DNA of 64,000 bases, from NCBI GenBank assembly GCA_964016885.1, contig OZ024746.1, forward strand, positions 33,604,001 through 33,668,000. Direction: 5' to 3'. The translations under genes and the position numbers were made by a program. Each line of letters opens with the position of its first letter. Positions within the stretch are counted from its first letter, which is position 1. This document shows positions 59,403-64,000 of the stretch, piece after piece. The DNA comes from Eledone cirrhosa. Lineage: Eukaryota. The notes under the pieces were generated by a model. The model was not told where the DNA came from. It worked only from the letters and a program-made list of their open reading frames with translations, and searched no databases.

Positions 59403-59943
59403 ATACAATGAACAATATTTCAGATTAAACTCTAAAACGATGATGATTTGGCAGTATAGGTTATATAATGCCTTATCTGAAGCAAATAATTGCAAATGTA
59501 GAATTAACATACAATACATACTGCATGGTTTTTATTGTGGAACCACGTAATTAAAGCTATAGACATTTATATAACATGTTACATTTAATGGATGCTGAAG
59601 AGTATTTTACAAATACACAAACACACATATGCATCAGTGCGAGTTTAAATAATCAATATTATGGGGGAATAAATTAATTAAACTTTTAATTGCGTTTATG
59701 ACAAATGCATGATGTACATACAAGTGATACATGGTGTTCAATATGTACTTTATATGATGACACTAAGAATATAGAAAAGAAATACAAGAAAGAAGCAGGT
59801 TCATGAGGAGAAAACTGAGAAATAAATTGAATAAAAGAATTCAATACTTTAATGCCGAAGAATAGAAGTAGAGAGAAAAAACCAGGGAATGCGAAACTAC
59901 TATTATATGAAACATTTCAAGAAATAATATCGATATATATTCT

Positions 59944-60042
<99 letters not shown>

Positions 60043-60060
60043 TCAATATATATGGAGAGC

Positions 60061-60300
60061 TTGTTATACTTTGGGAGGGTCCTGCTGCCAATAAAAACAC
60101 ACGCACCTCTTGGTTTTCACTTCAATTTATTATAAATTTCCGGCTGGTTTGTTGGTTCCATAATCAGAAGGTTGTTTATATATTGTCAAAGCTCATTCGT
60201 CACTCATTCTATGACCTCCTCAGTGACTAGGTTGTTTTTTTGTGTCTCTCCTTTGTTCTGTCCTTCACCATCTTGTGTCTGTGTGTTTTGTGTTGCGTGC
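60061..60300 (-). mobile_element. Family E 3' end (short terminus) with decayed HHR
   Basis: Match to 39051-39340. Confidence 0.8.
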
Positions 60301-61582
60301 TCAACGCACAACGTATGTTTAACTTTTGATTGGCTGAAGGTCTATATTTGTGGTATAGAACCGAGAGCTGTTATGCCATTGATGACAGCATGTAGGAGAA
60401 GAACGATTGAAAGAAATAATGAAGGAAAACGACAGAAAGAAAAGACGGAATCAGAAGAAATAAAGAAAGAATAACTGAAATAAATAAAGAAGGAAAGAAA
60501 GAAGGCCAAAGGTGACATGACGAGCTTAGTCGACTTTAATGCTCCTCAAACTAATTTGTGTGGCGTGGAGCTGCTTTGTATGGAAATATCCATAGGAAAT
60601 TATGCAAGTATGCAATGATTTGTATTATGCATGATTTGTGAGCAGTTGTTAAAAATAAGATTTCGGAAAATATGTATTTTTCATTTAGTACTAAAACGCG
60701 TGCTACAAGGTGTATATCTGTGTATAATAATGTTGCAATGAAAGAATGTTTGAGAGATGTAAAACTATACACACACAAGCACACACACGCACATACACAG
60801 ACACACATACACACACACACACACGCGCACGGATGTATATATATGTGTGTATGTGTGTGTGTGTGTGTGCGTGTGATATCCGTTTTTTTGTTGTTGTTAA
60901 TAAACTCTATATATTGGCTAGGACTTTGTAACAGTAGATATAACTAAAACCAAAAGAATATTTATCCCTGCGATGTAGATGTAGGAACATACAGACACCC
61001 GTTTAATCTCAACCTTTTTTGGGGGATAGGTGGGTGGGGGGGTCAAGAAATATAATTATAATTTGATGCTACAATCTTCGATACAGGATTTTATATTAAA
61101 AAAAAGGCTATATTTCCTTCAGTCAGAAGCACTCGTTTTTCTCAGCAAACCAGGATAGAGACGATTACATTGGCTAAAAGAAATGAATAATACAGAAATA
61201 TCTAACGATTTTCTCTAAACGTGGAGGATTAAATTCATTTTGGACTAATTGAAAATGTTGATGTGTAAGGTTTAGGGAACGAGCGGTTACATTATAGTTT
61301 GGCCAAATGCCCAAAGAGCACATTTGCAGTAGAGATAGATAATAGATATTATATAGAGAAATTTATGGTTCGGAATATCGGAATCTGGAAGGTGACGTAA
61401 TATGCAATGCATATCTGGGAAAATTGTAGGGTTAATCATTCGTTCTAAGTGGGCGTGTGTAGTATTGATTAACCGTAGAGACTATATTCACGCAGTAGCT
61501 ATGTTTATTAAGAATGTTGTATATGTCGCCAGTATAATTACGTATATATATATATATATATAGTTATATAAAATTATATATA

Positions 61583-61659
<77 letters not shown>

Positions 61660-61727
61660 ATTATATATATAATACATATATATATATGCGAAATATATAC
61701 ACATATACACACAAACGCGCGCTCACA

Positions 61728-61823
<96 letters not shown>

Positions 61824-62402
61824 CATACATATATATATATATATATATATCCGCAAATCAAATTGGTGTTCTCGATGTCATGTGTGTTAGTATATGACTT
61901 AATATTACTTAGTTGTAATGTATTTGAGATTCAAAGACAATAAACTATGGTTAAAATAAAGAAACGTATGTGCTCAGAACTGTATTGTCATTGATTTTCT
62001 AATATTTCTAATATGCTAGAAGAATGTATATAATATATTGCTTAGAGATAGATATTGCGTTGCTTTGTTTCATTAAATATATTAAATCATTTTAATGACT
62101 GAAAGTTAAACGTTAAAGAGGCATAAAAATGTACACATCACATAACATATGAGGTAACTCACTGTCGGCTAGCACTCGACATATCCTTATTTACATATGC
62201 GTATATATAAAGAAACATACATGTAGGTTTAGAATGTAATATAAAGAAATAAAGTAAGATCAACAAATACTATTGATAAACACAACACACAAATCATAAA
62301 GATTGTCCAATCACGTTAGCATTTCATCGCAGTCGGGCGTAAGCGAATACTCTGTATTTACACTAACGCAGACACACATCCATATACACGCTAACACATA
62401 GG

Positions 62403-62437
<35 letters not shown>

Positions 62438-62653
62438 TCCGTTGTACTCCTCCTCTTCAGGAAGGCGGAATATGTCTCGTTGTCTGTCTCAGCACTGAAA
62501 ATATATGAGACTTATTTCGATTGTGTTATTGAGAGATTTTCCTCGAGTATAAAACTATCAACATCATGCATAGATTGTTGTAGGTTTCTGTTTCAAACAT
62601 ATGTATTTATATACACACAAATTACACAAACAAGCCTTAACGGTTTTCTTATG

Positions 62654-62732
<79 letters not shown>

Positions 62733-62736
<4 letters not shown>

Positions 62737-63487
62737 AAAGTTAAATAAAAGTCAAATGATTAAAATTTAGCTTCGTTTATTACTGCTATATATATTTCAG
62801 AAGTATTCAGTTTGTATTCAGTTTGAATACTTCTAAACTGTTAGCAGCAGCAAGATATAAGCTGACCACTACAACAACAACAGTACCAAAATAATGGTGG
62901 AGGTCAAATGTACTGAACAATAGCAGGCATAAACACTACAGGGAGCCTCACCCCAGAAAGAATTCTATAGACTTCTGACTGAGGAATGCTCTCAGAACTG
63001 AACAATGGGAAGTTTGACACATTTTTTGATATTTTGTTCCTTCAACACCTTGTCCCTTCTACCACTTTATCAATTTTTAAGCTAACTCCAACAATGACAA
63101 CACTAATAACTGACCAATGAGAGGAGAAGGGGACCTGTGACACTAAAATTCGTTTGTTTGAATTCATATGACTCCAGTTCCCCAGTGAATTAACAACCCA
63201 ACAAGGAACTGGGCATATCAGAGTATTGACAATATCATACACCTAAACAACATATGTACTTGTCTATACCATACTAATTCAAACTGCCTGAAGAGGTCAC
63301 AGCCAAAGATGGCTGTCACTGAAATATATATAGCAGTAATAAACGAAGGTAAATTTTAATCATTTGACTTTTATTTAACTTTATTTTACACTACTCCGGA
63401 GTAACCAAACCAACCTGCGCACTTCGTCGAGTGCTCCAGCCTGCATACTGAGGTGTTGGTATACAACCAACATAAACTCAAAATCTC

Positions 63488-63490
<3 letters not shown>
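62733..63490 (+). mobile_element. Family H PLE remnant: inverted short arm (62733-62800), decayed 3' coding/UTR, HHR and tail
   Basis: 62733-62800 reverse-complements about 63319-63388. Confidence 0.85.
63283..63337 (+). ncRNA. Type I hammerhead ribozyme motif (family H)
   Basis: actgc-CTGAAGA-ggt c acagcca aaga tggctgt c act-GAAA-tatata-TA-gcagt. Confidence 0.88.
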
Positions 63491-63521
<31 letters not shown>

Positions 63522-63581
63522 ATTGCATGCACACACTTACAGACAGGAAAATTCACACACATGTGAATATATATATATATA

Positions 63582-63674
63582 CAGGGTGTCCGAAAAAATT
63601 TGACATCATTTAAAAAGCAAATATCTCGAAAACTACTAAGTCTAGCTCAATGATGTCAAATTGTTTGGGACACC

Positions 63675-63677
<3 letters not shown>
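63582..63677. mobile_element. 96-bp Tc1/mariner-type MITE
   Basis: 29-bp imperfect TIRs cagggtgtccgaaaaaatttgacatcatt / aatgatgtcaaattgtttgggacaccctg; TA on both sides. Confidence 0.85.
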
Positions 63678-63744
<67 letters not shown>

Positions 63745-63749
<5 letters not shown>

Positions 63750-63950
63750 AACGAGTAGGACCCCGACGGCTGAGCTCAGGCCGTTTGGACGGCTAATTCT
63801 GGATATTTTAGTCCAGAATTAGCCGTCGAAACGGCTTGAGCTCAGCCTTTGGGGTGCTACTCGTTCCTATTACCCACTCTACTACCCTAAGTATTGAGTA
63901 CTTTGGTGCGTTATGGTCCACCTGGTTCCTTACCACATTTCCTTCGTTAT
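63745..63950. mobile_element. Family A fold-back insertion
   Basis: Short arm (-) 63745-63803, long arm (+) about 63812-63950 with 80-nt tail. Confidence 0.9.
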
Positions 63951-63952
63951 AT

Positions 63953-63986
<34 letters not shown>

Positions 63987-64000
63987 ATATATGTTTTGCA

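Overview
AT-rich, microsatellite-saturated eukaryotic DNA with no recognisable host exon, so probably intronic or intergenic. A recurrent tRNA-derived SINE resembles octopod SINEs as I recall them, so an octopod host is inferred, not shown. The window is dominated by Penelope-like retroelements (PLEs) inserted into (TA)n arrays. Five copies keep substantial RT and/or GIY-YIG coding sequence (about 29-31.6, 39-40.4, 51-53.3, 53.6-55.3 and 56.2-58.7 kb). About 30 short non-coding pieces fall into at least 10 unrelated families, which I label with my own letters. Most families carry a type I hammerhead ribozyme (HHR) motif readable by eye, often with a palindromic stem III, and several have variant catalytic cores. 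Two-armed insertions follow one rule: two 5'-truncated copies of the 3' end are joined head-to-head, one ending at a fixed 'short' terminus and the other at a fixed 'long' terminus usually 60-100 nt further out. One PLE family has a roughly 70-aa insertion in the RT fingers region. Also present are decayed R4/Dong-like, RTE and APE-type LINE fragments, a dozen SINE copies, one Tc1/mariner-type MITE, and local inverted duplications of flanking DNA next to PLE/TA clusters. All alignments and folds were done by eye, so boundaries are approximate.
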